From Candidatus Latescibacterota bacterium (GTDB lineage Bacteria > Latescibacterota > UBA2968), in NCBI GenBank assembly GCA_965116885.1, contig OZ220741.1, positions 4,544,001 to 4,608,000 of the forward strand: DNA of 64,000 nucleotides, given 5' to 3'. A program made the position numbers and the translations under genes. Shown piece by piece: positions 10,142 through 19,721 of the stretch. The number at the start of each line of letters is the position of its first letter. The stretch's first letter is position 1. Below the pieces are notes generated by a model. The model was not told where the DNA came from. It worked only from the letters and a program-made list of their open reading frames with translations, and made no database searches.

Positions 10142-10330
10142 TTGAAATCTCCAGCAGAAGAACGTTTGCGAAATCCTCCGCCAGACAGTGCCATTGCGCG
10201 AGCACGCGATTTTGGCATAGATCTCACACTGCTCATTGAACGATTGCGATTGACACCCGAAGAACGCGTGTTGCGCCTGCAACGGGAGATGATGGCCTTT
10301 GACCAAATACGCGGTATAATTAAAAAATAG
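10142..10330 (+). CDS. Small putative antitoxin upstream of a nucleotidyltransferase
   Basis: AAGGAG Shine-Dalgarno then TTG at 10142; 62 aa; GIDLTLLIERLRLTPEERV motif. Confidence 0.65.
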   Translation: MKSPAEERLRNPPPDSAIARARDFGIDLTLLIERLRLTPEERVLRLQREMMAFDQIRGIIKK

Positions 10331-10342
10331 GCATAAAATCGC

Positions 10343-10834
10343 ATGGTTAATCTAAAAAAAATTATTACTTGCCTAAAAAATAATCAGGTCGAATTTGTGG
10401 TAATTGGAGGCATAGCTGCGACTGTTCATGGTTCGGCTTATGTGACTTATGACCTCGATATTTGTTACGACCGTGATGTAGAGAATTTAGCACGAGTGGT
10501 AAAAGCACTTGCGCCATACCATCCCAGGCCGAGAGATATGCCGGATGATCTGCCATTTTTCTGGGATGAAAGAACCCTGCACCGCGGTTTGAATTTTACA
10601 CTCAAAACAGACCTGGGTGATATAGACCTGCTGGGCGAAGTCGCAGGTATTGGCACTTTTGAACAGGCATTGGCCTCATCTATTTTAATTCAACTTTTCG
10701 GAGTAGAATGCGCAGTACTCTCCCTCAAAGCGTTGATCAAAGCCAAACGCGCTGCTGACCGCCCCAAGGATCATCTAATTTTGCCAGAACTGGAAGCTTT
10801 ACTCGAAGCCAATAACGATGCTTCCACTCATTGA
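10343..10834 (+). CDS. Pol-beta-superfamily nucleotidyltransferase, putative toxin (MenT/AbiEii-like)
   Basis: VVIGGIAATVHG..VTYDLD motif; C-terminal LIKAKRAADRPKD. Confidence 0.8.
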   Translation: MVNLKKIITCLKNNQVEFVVIGGIAATVHGSAYVTYDLDICYDRDVENLARVVKALAPYHPRPRDMPDDLPFFWDERTLHRGLNFTLKTDLGDIDLLGEVAGIGTFEQALASSILIQLFGVECAVLSLKALIKAKRAADRPKDHLILPELEALLEANNDASTH

Positions 10835-10873
10835 GCAGGCGTCAATATCCTCTCAGGTCACATTGGACCGTTC

Positions 10874-11695
10874 CTATTTTAACTCTTCCATAACCCTGCG
10901 AGTAATTTCCGCGATAAGGTCATCCTGGGAAGTTTGAGCAGAGGCTGTACCACCGGCACTCAACGTGCGAATCGTGGGAATGCCACCATTGGTTGCTGGT
11001 TGAGTTGTGGGTGCATCGGGGATATCGCACGCGGGATCGGGACCGCGAAGACCCATGCGGTTGCGAATCGCGACCAGTTTTTCCACCTGTTCCGCATTGA
11101 GTTCGTTATACCCGCCGAGTTGTTGTGCCACAAAAAGTATTTTCGCAAAATGCTCCAGCGTTTCCATCTTGTAATAGGCATTCATCACATCGCTGCCAAT
11201 CGTAGTCGCACCGTGATTTTCGAGCAAATAGGCGTCGTAATCTTTGACATATTGCCTGATCGGTTCGGATATCTCAGGCCCCCCCGGCGTACCGTATTCC
11301 ACAATGGGTATAGCACCCAGCGTGATAATCACCTCGGGCAAAACACACATGGTAAGGGGAACGCCTGCAACCGCAAAACCCGTAGCAGTTGGCGGATGCG
11401 CGTGTACCACAGCGCGCACATCGGGACGCTCGCGATAAAGAAAAATGTGCATCCCAATCTCCGACGAAGGCCGCTTTTGTCCACTTACAAGCGTGCCATC
11501 CATGTCCGTAATACAGAGATCTTCGACCTTGAGAAATCCCTTGGACATCCCCGTTGGCGTAGTGAGAATGCGGTCTTCTTCAACCCGGCAAGAGATATTG
11601 CCATCGTTGGAAGCGACAAAGCCGCGTTCGTACACGCGACGTCCGGCTTCAACAATATCGAGTTTGGCCTGATGGAGATTCATTTTATTTTTCAC
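10874..11695 (-). CDS. Class II aldolase (fuculose/rhamnulose-1-phosphate aldolase-like) with C-terminal encapsulation peptide
   Basis: DGNIS, TPTG, PSSE..MH, VVHAHP, LLENHG; linker followed by DDLIAEITRRVMEELK. Confidence 0.9.
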   Translation of the reverse strand: MKNKMNLHQAKLDIVEAGRRVYERGFVASNDGNISCRVEEDRILTTPTGMSKGFLKVEDLCITDMDGTLVSGQKRPSSEIGMHIFLYRERPDVRAVVHAHPPTATGFAVAGVPLTMCVLPEVIITLGAIPIVEYGTPGGPEISEPIRQYVKDYDAYLLENHGATTIGSDVMNAYYKMETLEHFAKILFVAQQLGGYNELNAEQVEKLVAIRNRMGLRGPDPACDIPDAPTTQPATNGGIPTIRTLSAGGTASAQTSQDDLIAEITRRVMEELK

Positions 11696-11964
11696 CCCTT
11701 CATATCAATATCATCCACAACGCCGACGATAACGGAACGCACCGCTGGCAACTCCACATTGAGAACGAGACCTGCTGCGACGCCTTGCCGGATCACGAGA
11801 ACAATTTCGCCGCGCCCAACGCCCGTGGCATCAACCGCGAGCGCCGATGCGCCGTCATTCTTCCCATCGGGCGTAATGGGCTGCACCACCATGAGTTTAG
11901 CGCTGTTGTAATCGCTGTGTTTAATAGTCGATGTAACGCTACCGAGTACGCGGGCCAGGAACAT
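11692..11964 (-). CDS. eutN: BMC pentameric vertex protein (EutN/CcmL family)
   Basis: MFLARVLGSVTSTIK...AVDATGVG.GE.V...IVGVVD. Confidence 0.92.
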   Translation of the reverse strand: MFLARVLGSVTSTIKHSDYNSAKLMVVQPITPDGKNDGASALAVDATGVGRGEIVLVIRQGVAAGLVLNVELPAVRSVIVGVVDDIDMKG

Positions 11965-12032
11965 ATAGAATTTGGAATTTGGGATTTAGCTACTTTCTCC
12001 CCTTCTTCTATGGGGAGCCGGAGGGTAGGGCC

Positions 12033-12296
12033 TCATGCATCAACCTGATCGACAATGCCGACAACTGCCGCGTCAACCGGGCCGTATTTATCGGGCAGGG
12101 CGTTGGGAGCTTCTCGTGAACCGACCCAGTATATGGTCTCGCCATCGCTGGCATTGACCACATCAACCGCGACAAAAGCATCCCCCGCTTTATTGTGCTC
12201 GTGATCAATCGGTTCAACGACAAGCAGTCTAAAACCTTTGAGCGAAGCATCTTTGCGCGTCGCCCAAATTTTGCCAATGACACGGCCGAGGAACAT
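12033..12296 (-). CDS. eutN: BMC pentameric vertex protein (EutN/CcmL family)
   Basis: MFLGRVIGKIWATRK...VAVD...PVDAAVVGIVD; ATG 12296 follows GAGGTG. Confidence 0.92.
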   Translation of the reverse strand: MFLGRVIGKIWATRKDASLKGFRLLVVEPIDHEHNKAGDAFVAVDVVNASDGETIYWVGSREAPNALPDKYGPVDAAVVGIVDQVDA

Positions 12297-12319
12297 TTTC
12301 ACCTCGCGAAATGCGGCAC

Positions 12320-13756
12320 CTATACAATCCTAAAATAGTCGATGAGGGCACAGCGGCGCTGGCGGGTAAATGTGCGGGCAGACGTGCAGCCTTCGCCAGT
12401 AGGTGTAGCAATAGAGAAAGACGTATAGCCCTCGCCACCTGCGCCCAATCCCGCAGATGAAGCACCGTTTTTCACAAAAATCGTACACTTACATTGGCGA
12501 GCCATAACCGTCATATTCTCGACATTTTTCGAGTGCATGACCGCTGTGTGACGATACCCCTGTTCGGCTCGAATAGCCCAGTCAATTGCCCTGTGTACAT
12601 CGGGTGTGCGAACAATGGGGACAAAAGGCATCATCTGCTCGTGTTGAACAAAATCGTGCTCATTTTCAACCTCGCCAATCAAAAGTTCTGTATCGGGCGC
12701 AATATTGAGGCCAATTTGAGCAGCAAGCACATGCGCGCTGCGACCGACGAGGTCGCGATTGAGCATCCAATCGCCTTTGTCGTCGCGGGGAAACGCGATT
12801 TTTGTCAATGCATCAATTTGCGAACGGTCGAGTTCCACACAATTATTTGCCTTCAGGTGGCGCATCAGTTCATCGGCCACGGATTGAACGGCAAAAACTT
12901 CCTTTTCGCCAATACACAGAATATTATTGTCAAAACCGCCGCCTTCAATAATGCTGAGAGCGGCCTTTTCTATATCGGCGGTCTCATCCACTACCACAGG
13001 TGGATTACCAGGACCGGCTGCGATCACGCGCTTGGGCGCTTGCATGGCTGCCTTGACAACGCCGCCCCCACCAGTGACGAGAACGAGGTCAATGCCGGGA
13101 TGCACAAAAAGGCTCTGCGCCGTTTCTATGGAAGGTTCGCGCACAGCGACGAGCAAATTTGGTGGCCCACCCGCACCGACAATGGCGCGATTGAGCATTT
13201 GAAGTCCCAGAGCCGAAACATCTTTCGCACTCGGATGGGGCGCAAAAACCGCACTATTGCCCGCAGCGATAAAACTGATTGCATTGTTGACCATTGTGGG
13301 CACCGGATGCGTGGATGGCGTAACCGCTGCTATCACGCCAAAGGGCGCCATTTCAACAACCGTCAAACCATTGTCGCCCGTCCACGCCGTGGGCTGCAAA
13401 TCTTCAACGCCAGGCGTGTGTTGTACAACAACCTCGAGTTTGCGAATTTTGTGCGGCACCTTGCCCATGCCGGTTTCTTCAACGGTTTTTTGCGCGATAC
13501 CCTTTGAATGCGCCATAGATTCGCGGCGAATTGCAGCAATCAGGTCGCGGCGTTGCTCCAGGCTCATTGCTTCGAGGGCACGCTGGGCTTCTGAAGCCGC
13601 AGCAATAGCCTCTTCGAGATCGTCAAAAAGGCCATCGTCACCCTTGTTTTCATAGCGAGCAGGTGGTGCAATAACCGCAGGAGCTTCGCGCTCAGCCACA
13701 AGGCGACGCACAACCTGCTCAACCACCGATTGGATTTGGATTTCGTCTAAGTTCAT
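12320..13756 (-). CDS. eutE: CoA-acylating aldehyde dehydrogenase (EutE/PduP-like) with N-terminal encapsulation peptide
   Basis: IQSVVEQVVRRL helix; TPGVEDL, PFGVI, TGG, AGPGNPP, catalytic NNILCIGEKE, TPTGEG. Confidence 0.93.
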   Translation of the reverse strand: MNLDEIQIQSVVEQVVRRLVAEREAPAVIAPPARYENKGDDGLFDDLEEAIAAASEAQRALEAMSLEQRRDLIAAIRRESMAHSKGIAQKTVEETGMGKVPHKIRKLEVVVQHTPGVEDLQPTAWTGDNGLTVVEMAPFGVIAAVTPSTHPVPTMVNNAISFIAAGNSAVFAPHPSAKDVSALGLQMLNRAIVGAGGPPNLLVAVREPSIETAQSLFVHPGIDLVLVTGGGGVVKAAMQAPKRVIAAGPGNPPVVVDETADIEKAALSIIEGGGFDNNILCIGEKEVFAVQSVADELMRHLKANNCVELDRSQIDALTKIAFPRDDKGDWMLNRDLVGRSAHVLAAQIGLNIAPDTELLIGEVENEHDFVQHEQMMPFVPIVRTPDVHRAIDWAIRAEQGYRHTAVMHSKNVENMTVMARQCKCTIFVKNGASSAGLGAGGEGYTSFSIATPTGEGCTSARTFTRQRRCALIDYFRIV

Positions 13757-13773
13757 ATCTCACTTCACACGTC

Positions 13774-14064
13774 TCACTTCTGATAAACCGCTTCACCATC
13801 GATTTCTGCCGTATCGATAATAGCAACAATCACAGCATCGACAGGACGATTTTCAGTCACACTTGTCAGGCGAGCGGAACTCCCACTACAACAGAGCACG
13901 ACTTCGCCATCGCCTGCACCAACAGCATCTACGGCGACCAAAAAACTTTCTTTTAGTTCGAATGCGGGCAAATCAAGCGTTTGGACGATCTGGAGCTTAA
14001 AACCCGCCAGGCCGCTGTCTTTTTGGGTGGCAACCACCGTTCCCACCACCTTGCCGAGGGTCAT
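13774..14064 (-). CDS. eutN: BMC pentameric vertex protein (EutN/CcmL family)
   Basis: GKVVGTVVATQK, AVDAVGAG.GE, GSSAR, PVDAVIVAIID. Confidence 0.94.
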   Translation of the reverse strand: MTLGKVVGTVVATQKDSGLAGFKLQIVQTLDLPAFELKESFLVAVDAVGAGDGEVVLCCSGSSARLTSVTENRPVDAVIVAIIDTAEIDGEAVYQK

Positions 14065-14067
14065 AGT

Positions 14068-14352
14068 TTAGTCGTTTGAAGAGCCGATAGGCAGAATATT
14101 TTCAAGGCTACCATGTGGTCGCGGAATGACGTGTACGGAAACGAGTTCGCCAATTTTGCCAGCAGCAGCAGCACCGGCTTCCGTTGCGGCTTTGACCGCT
14201 GCCACATCGCCGCGAACAATAGCAGTGACATATCCCGCGCCAATGCGTTCCCAATTGACAAATTGGACATTGGCGGCTTTGACCATTGCATCTGCCGCTT
14301 CAATCATCGCTACGAGACCTTTGGTTTCAATCATACCGAGGGCTTCACCCAT
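14068..14352 (-). CDS. BMC-H hexameric shell protein (PduA/EutM-like)
   Basis: [35 protein letters not shown]. Confidence 0.96.
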   Translation of the reverse strand: MGEALGMIETKGLVAMIEAADAMVKAANVQFVNWERIGAGYVTAIVRGDVAAVKAATEAGAAAAGKIGELVSVHVIPRPHGSLENILPIGSSND

Positions 14353-14376
14353 GTTGTATTTCCTCCTGAAAAATGA

Positions 14377-14649
14377 TCATCGTGTAGTAAAAATAACTGC
14401 TTCTACCTGTGGGTCGAGATTTGGGATAACGTGAGCGGCAACGAGATCTCCAACGCGCTCGGCAGCTTCTGTTCCCGCTTCGATAGCTGCGCGAACCGCA
14501 CCCACATCGCCGCGCACCAGTGTCGTGGTATATCCCGCACCGATTTTTTCGTACTTTTCAATCGTGACTGGGGCTGTCTTGACCATCGCATCGGCAGCTT
14601 CTGTTGTGCCAATAACGCCGAGTGTTTCAATCATACCGAGTGCGGTCAT
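14377..14649 (-). CDS. BMC-H hexameric shell protein, divergent paralog
   Basis: [29 protein letters not shown] in place of HVIPRPH. Confidence 0.93.
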   Translation of the reverse strand: MTALGMIETLGVIGTTEAADAMVKTAPVTIEKYEKIGAGYTTTLVRGDVGAVRAAIEAGTEAAERVGDLVAAHVIPNLDPQVEAVIFTTR

Positions 14650-14660
14650 TAAGCCCTTTC

Positions 14661-15374
14661 CTATCTTATCATAAACGCCGTATCGCCACAGACGAGATCG
14701 GCTGCGTTGGCATCGTCGGTATCCAAATGGAGTTCGGGTAAATAGCTTTCGTCAATTTTGAGGCGCACATTGTCATATATAACGCCTTTTTCGCCTCCCA
14801 CGCGCACCCTGACAGATTCCCGTCCTTGAAAGCCATAATCTATTACATCAGATGGACGCAGGTGAATATGGCGCGCCGCGCGAATGGCTGCGTTGATCGT
14901 GACCGAACCCCTGGGACCGATAAAAGTAACAGGTGGCGCATCTCTCAGGTCTCCTGAATCCCTCACAGGAGGATCAACGCCGATATGGATGGCATCTGTT
15001 CGGGCGAGTTCAACCTGATTATAGTCGCGGCTGGGGCCGAGAATTCGCACGCGCTCGATCGCGTGCAGCCGGGGACCAACAACGGAAATGACTTCCTCGG
15101 CGGCAAAAGCACCCGGTTGGTAGAGCTCGCGATAAGGCGTTAAGGTATGACCCGCACCAAAAAGGATCTCCAGGGTTTCGTCATCAACATGTGCATGCCG
15201 AGCAGATACACCTACAGAAACGGGAATATCTTTGCTGTCTCCACCGCGTATATGACGTACGACTTCTCGTGCAATGCGGTCAATCGCATCGCTTTCCCCG
15301 CTGTTTTGCCCGAAAGAACAAAGACCGCAGTCATCGCACACAGAGGCATTTTTTCGCATTGGAAGCATTGTCAA
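14661..15374 (-). CDS. pduL: PduL phosphotransacylase with N-terminal extension and encapsulation peptide
   Basis: VSARHAH, L.QPG.FAAEE, VRILGP.R, P.RDSGDL, ARHIH, ELHLDTDDANAA. Start may be ATG 15368 or 15359. Confidence 0.93.
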   Translation of the reverse strand: MTMLPMRKNASVCDDCGLCSFGQNSGESDAIDRIAREVVRHIRGGDSKDIPVSVGVSARHAHVDDETLEILFGAGHTLTPYRELYQPGAFAAEEVISVVGPRLHAIERVRILGPSRDYNQVELARTDAIHIGVDPPVRDSGDLRDAPPVTFIGPRGSVTINAAIRAARHIHLRPSDVIDYGFQGRESVRVRVGGEKGVIYDNVRLKIDESYLPELHLDTDDANAADLVCGDTAFMIR

Positions 15375-15407
15375 AAGTTTGTATCAGGTGCTGTTTACAA
15401 GAGGCGA

Positions 15408-15436
15408 AAAATAGTCCATGACTGCTGTAAAGTCAA
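15408..15436 (-). promoter_or_regulatory. Putative sigma70 promoter of the BMC operon
   Basis: TTGACT-N17-TATTTT on the minus strand upstream of pduL. Confidence 0.5.
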
Positions 15437-15525
15437 GGTTAAACACGCTATAAAAAAGCGCGATGCTTGACAAGTCCCGCGCTTTGAACCAAATTCAGAT
15501 AAAATCTTTATTTTTCTTAACTATC

Positions 15526-17145
15526 ATGAGAAATATATACTTGCTACTTAGATTACTCACGTACATCCTGCTGTTTTTCTGTCTCGCTGGTCCAGCGCTA
15601 TGTGAAGATGCCTCACCCGATATCCCGCTGCGCCATCCCGTGTATTCCCTGTTAGATCGCCTGAATGCGCGAGGCTGGATTGCCGTGCCCGATACGCGTC
15701 CCTTGACCCGGATACAAGTTGCACAGATACTCTCCGCCGTATCAAATCAATCTATGTCGGCAACCGAGCGCGACCTCGCCAACCGATATATCGCAGAATT
15801 GAAAAATCGCGCAGCTTTTACACGCGAACCCCGCTGGACCTGGCGCGATTCTGCGACATCCATCATCATCGAACCGCTGGTGCGACAACAGGTGATTGCG
15901 CGCAGGGGTGATGGATTTGTGAACGAGACCGCGTCTCAAACCTATATTGGCGGTTCTGTGCGCGGGCGATTCTACACATTGGGATTTTATGCCCGCCACT
16001 TTGAGGCTCGCGAATGGAGCAACCAACCGCGTCTTCGCCGAGAAGATGTGCTGGCTCACCCCATTGAAGACGTGCAACTCAAGGACAAAAAGGCAGATTT
16101 TCGCGAAAGTATATTTCAACTGGCCTGGGCAAATTCATGGATGCGTATAGATGCGGGCAAAGGAAGCCTCAGTTGGGGGCCTGGGCGCACGGGAAATTTA
16201 TTGATCTCCAACAATGCGCCGTCTTATGGCCTGTTTCGATTGCAGGCATCTCGCGGCCGACTGCGCTATACCCATATCGCTTCATCACTGCGCGCCCGCC
16301 CGGGATTAATCGACACAACCCGACGGTGGATCGACAATGGGCATGTGCGTATTTTTTTGCGACAAAAGCGACTGGCCGCGCACCGACTGGAGATTGCGTT
16401 TTCAAAAGTGCGAATTGGGTTGCACGAAGCCGTGATATATGGTGACCGAGGATTTGAGCTGCTCTACGTTCTACCGGTGGCCGTATTTGCCGGAACTCAA
16501 AATCACCTGGGAAATCGCGACAATCTCGTAATTGGAGCCGATATATCGGCTCGCATCCGAACGGGACTGACACTTTACAGCGCATGGTTTTTCGACGATA
16601 TGGTCAAATTCGACCCCGATGCATTTTCCAATCAATTTGCCTTTCAAGTGGGCGCGTTCTGGGTTGATCCTATGGGCTTGAGAGATACCGATATTCGCGC
16701 CGAATACGTGCGTGTGGAGCCTTATGTGTACGCGCACAATTTTGACATCAATACATATGAACATTACGACACCCTGTTGGGCTATCCAACCGGGCCAAAT
16801 GCAGACCGATATTTTGCGCAAGTGACACACCGCTTTTCATCGAGCTTGAATGTGTCTTTAACTTTTGCAAGAGAGCGACAAGGTGAAAATCCAGTAAATC
16901 CAGATGGGACAATTGTCAATGTAGGAGGCAACGCACAACTGGGTCGTCGGCCACAGGATGCACCCAAACGAGACTTTATGTCAGGCGATGTAGAGACATA
17001 CCAAAAAATAGGTGGCCGCGTGGAATTTACACCCGTGACAAATTGGACTTTACAGGTACAGTATCAACACCATCTCATTATAACCCCCCAAAATAGAACA
17101 ACGGGGCATGAGTGGACAGCGACAATGGATGTAAACTTCTATTGA
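15526..17145 (+). CDS. Capsule assembly Wzi-family outer-membrane protein
   Basis: Signal peptide, HPVY..LDRL, WGPG..G.LLISNNA, AHRLE, LGYPTGPNAD; aromatic C-terminus. Confidence 0.75.
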   Translation: MRNIYLLLRLLTYILLFFCLAGPALCEDASPDIPLRHPVYSLLDRLNARGWIAVPDTRPLTRIQVAQILSAVSNQSMSATERDLANRYIAELKNRAAFTREPRWTWRDSATSIIIEPLVRQQVIARRGDGFVNETASQTYIGGSVRGRFYTLGFYARHFEAREWSNQPRLRREDVLAHPIEDVQLKDKKADFRESIFQLAWANSWMRIDAGKGSLSWGPGRTGNLLISNNAPSYGLFRLQASRGRLRYTHIASSLRARPGLIDTTRRWIDNGHVRIFLRQKRLAAHRLEIAFSKVRIGLHEAVIYGDRGFELLYVLPVAVFAGTQNHLGNRDNLVIGADISARIRTGLTLYSAWFFDDMVKFDPDAFSNQFAFQVGAFWVDPMGLRDTDIRAEYVRVEPYVYAHNFDINTYEHYDTLLGYPTGPNADRYFAQVTHRFSSSLNVSLTFARERQGENPVNPDGTIVNVGGNAQLGRRPQDAPKRDFMSGDVETYQKIGGRVEFTPVTNWTLQVQYQHHLIITPQNRTTGHEWTATMDVNFY

Positions 17146-17158
17146 TCGGAAAAGAGAA

Positions 17159-18352
17159 ATGAGTCATCGCCAGTGTCTGTGGGGCCTTCTCGTATTCGCA
17201 TTGTTATTGCGCGTAGGCTTTGGGTTGACGCAATCCGATTTGACCAATGCATCTGATGAGGTACACTGGGATCGCCTCGGGCAGGCTTATGTCGCCCTGG
17301 GGATTTTGCACCCCGATACTGGAATGTACCGCCCCCCATTATACGGCTTATTTCTGGCGGGCATCTATCGTACATTTGGTCACAATTTCGTTCTGGTGCG
17401 GATTGTCCAGGCCATCCTGGGCACAATCACCTGCTATCTCATCTATGTTCTGGGCTGTAAAATGGGCGAGGTCGCAGTCGGTTTGTTCGCTGCGGGTTTG
17501 TTCGCTATTTATCCGTTATTTGTATTTTTTTCTGGCGTATTGATGGCCGAAACCCTTCTGATTTTGCTGACGACTATTAGCTTTGTGTCTTGTGTTCAAT
17601 TTTGGCAAAAGAGCACCGTCACAATGGCGATGGTATTTGGCGGGATTGTGGGGCTGTCCGCACTTTGCAAGCCCATTTTATTGCCCTGGCTGCCACCTGT
17701 CCTCTTTTTCTGGTGGCGAAAATCGCGCCTGACACCTGTACAAAAAACATCGCGTGTACTAACTGTAATTGGCGCACTCGGCCTGATTATTCTGCCGTGG
17801 ACAGCGCGCAATCATATCATCTCGGGCGAATTTGTTCCCATCTCGACAAATTTGGGGATCAACTTGCTCGTGGGAGCACACCCCGAGGGACGCGGCGTTT
17901 ACGACAATCGCATCGATTATCTGGCACTTTATCACACACTGGCCGACACATCTCAGGGCGCAACAGCCGACAGTCGCGTCGCGGGCATTGTGATAGCGTG
18001 GATAATCGCGCAACCACTGCACTATCTGAGTTTGGGCATTGACAAACTGCTCTATTTTTGGTGTCCCTGGGTTTCGGGAGAGCCGCCATTATACAACGCA
18101 ATTGCCGTGCTTTCCTGTACTCCACTTCTGATACTGGGACTTGCTGGCACATTTATCCAACGCCACAGGCCCGAAGGTCTGACACTTATTCTACTGATAA
18201 TTTGCATGTCATTATTGCACATGGTATTCTTTGCCCATACGCGTTTTCGGCTACCCATTGACGCGGTTTTGTGCGTGCCTGCTGCGTGGATATGTGTGCA
18301 GTGGATCAACAGAATAGGACGCAAGCGTGATACTTCGAGCAAACTTTTTTGA
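17159..18352 (+). CDS. GT-C family membrane glycosyltransferase (ArnT/GT39-like)
   Basis: SDE..W, YRPPLY, MAETL, PWTARN, RFRLP; multiple TM helices. Confidence 0.8.
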   Translation: MSHRQCLWGLLVFALLLRVGFGLTQSDLTNASDEVHWDRLGQAYVALGILHPDTGMYRPPLYGLFLAGIYRTFGHNFVLVRIVQAILGTITCYLIYVLGCKMGEVAVGLFAAGLFAIYPLFVFFSGVLMAETLLILLTTISFVSCVQFWQKSTVTMAMVFGGIVGLSALCKPILLPWLPPVLFFWWRKSRLTPVQKTSRVLTVIGALGLIILPWTARNHIISGEFVPISTNLGINLLVGAHPEGRGVYDNRIDYLALYHTLADTSQGATADSRVAGIVIAWIIAQPLHYLSLGIDKLLYFWCPWVSGEPPLYNAIAVLSCTPLLILGLAGTFIQRHRPEGLTLILLIICMSLLHMVFFAHTRFRLPIDAVLCVPAAWICVQWINRIGRKRDTSSKLF

Positions 18353-19721
18353 CCCTGCAAAACCTCATCTGCTGGTTCTGGTGTGTTTTGGGCAGATATT
18401 GTTGATTGCACTGCCGTTTTTAGTAAATGACGCGCTTGCGGCGATTCTCGTCTTGAGCTTGTTGTCGGCAATCGCACTTTTCGGCTCTCTCACACTGTCA
18501 GTGCTCTATTTGTGTTTCACCGCCGCGGTTGTGCCTTCCTGGTTTTACGAAGACTATCTGACCTTGCCTCTGGACTTCAAATTTTATGAAGGTCTTCTCG
18601 TCGTGGTGATGGGCATTGCCGGGCTCAACTATTTGTTGGAAGGCCGATGGAACTGGCGACGGCATACGTTTTTGGATCGACCAATGTGCGTACTGCTGGG
18701 ACTGGTCGTATTTTCTTGCTTATTGGGGTTGATCTACGGACAGTCGATCTCGCAAATGTTGCGCGATGTGCGCTATCCATTGTACTACACGTTGTTCTTT
18801 GTGGTAACATGGTTTTTGGATGTGCGGCGATTCTCCACATTCCTGCATTTATTTTTGCTCATCGCCGCAATTGTCGGCATCGAGTATTTGTTTGAATTCC
18901 TTTTACAGGTGGATACGGACATTGCGGGTGGTTTCGTTCGAGTCGCACGGCTCGAAGGCATTGTGTTGCCAATGGGCATGCTCATCATCGCCGCCATTTT
19001 GTTATTTGAAGCACGGGCATATAGACGAGCATGGGCGTGGGGCGCGATATTGCCTATCGGGCTGGCCCTGGTTTTGACAATGGGGCGGGGCATGTGGATT
19101 TCCCTATTCGTAGGGCTGGGCAGTCTGGCCGCGTTGACCGCACTGGATAAGCAGGCTCCACCCCGACGCCTGTCGCGTCTCTTTGTCGTGGCATTGATCC
19201 CCCTGTTGCTGCTGGCGATGGGTTATATTTTTCAGCAACAAACTCGCGCTGCCGTTAGCGACATAGCACTGGACCGCGTCACGCGCAGCGTCGAAGCCGT
19301 AAGTGGGCGGTTGATATCTTATGGCAATGCACTGGAAAAAATCCGTCAACGTCCTTTGCTCGGCGGCGGACACGGTGCAACCGTGACATCTCTGGTGACA
19401 TTTCCGCCACCGCCACAGATATTGACAGTAGGTGCAGTTGACAATGTTTATTTAACCATTGGGATGCGAATGGGGCTGGTTGGCATCGCGGCGTTTTTGT
19501 GGGTCTTTGGTTTTGCCCTCTGGCGTGCGTATCTATTATTCCAACGAAGTTCCGATGCTCGCGTACGTCTGTTTTGTGCGGCATTTATCGCCATCTACGC
19601 TGCACTTCTCATCTATGGCATGGCAGATGCAACCCTCTTTGCCAATCGGTTGATCTTTATCCATGCGACATTTTTGGGACTTATTGCGCGGCTGGTAGCA
19701 GAGGAAAAAAATGATGCCTGA
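18327..19721 (+). CDS. O-antigen ligase/polymerase-family membrane protein
   Basis: Polytopic; LTMGRG.W, RPLLGGG.G, DNVYL...GLVG (Wzy_C-like). Confidence 0.75.
   Translation: MILRANFFDPAKPHLLVLVCFGQILLIALPFLVNDALAAILVLSLLSAIALFGSLTLSVLYLCFTAAVVPSWFYEDYLTLPLDFKFYEGLLVVVMGIAGLNYLLEGRWNWRRHTFLDRPMCVLLGLVVFSCLLGLIYGQSISQMLRDVRYPLYYTLFFVVTWFLDVRRFSTFLHLFLLIAAIVGIEYLFEFLLQVDTDIAGGFVRVARLEGIVLPMGMLIIAAILLFEARAYRRAWAWGAILPIGLALVLTMGRGMWISLFVGLGSLAALTALDKQAPPRRLSRLFVVALIPLLLLAMGYIFQQQTRAAVSDIALDRVTRSVEAVSGRLISYGNALEKIRQRPLLGGGHGATVTSLVTFPPPPQILTVGAVDNVYLTIGMRMGLVGIAAFLWVFGFALWRAYLLFQRSSDARVRLFCAAFIAIYAALLIYGMADATLFANRLIFIHATFLGLIARLVAEEKNDA

Noticed and set aside
10934..13507. Plus-strand ORFs of 325 aa and 337 aa
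   Set aside because: Antisense shadows of well-supported BMC genes, with no recognisable motifs.
10874..15374. Carboxysome, or Eut/Pdu/glycyl-radical microcompartment
   Set aside because: No RuBisCO, carbonic anhydrase, ethanolamine ammonia-lyase, diol dehydratase or glycyl-radical enzyme; the signature enzyme is a class II aldolase.
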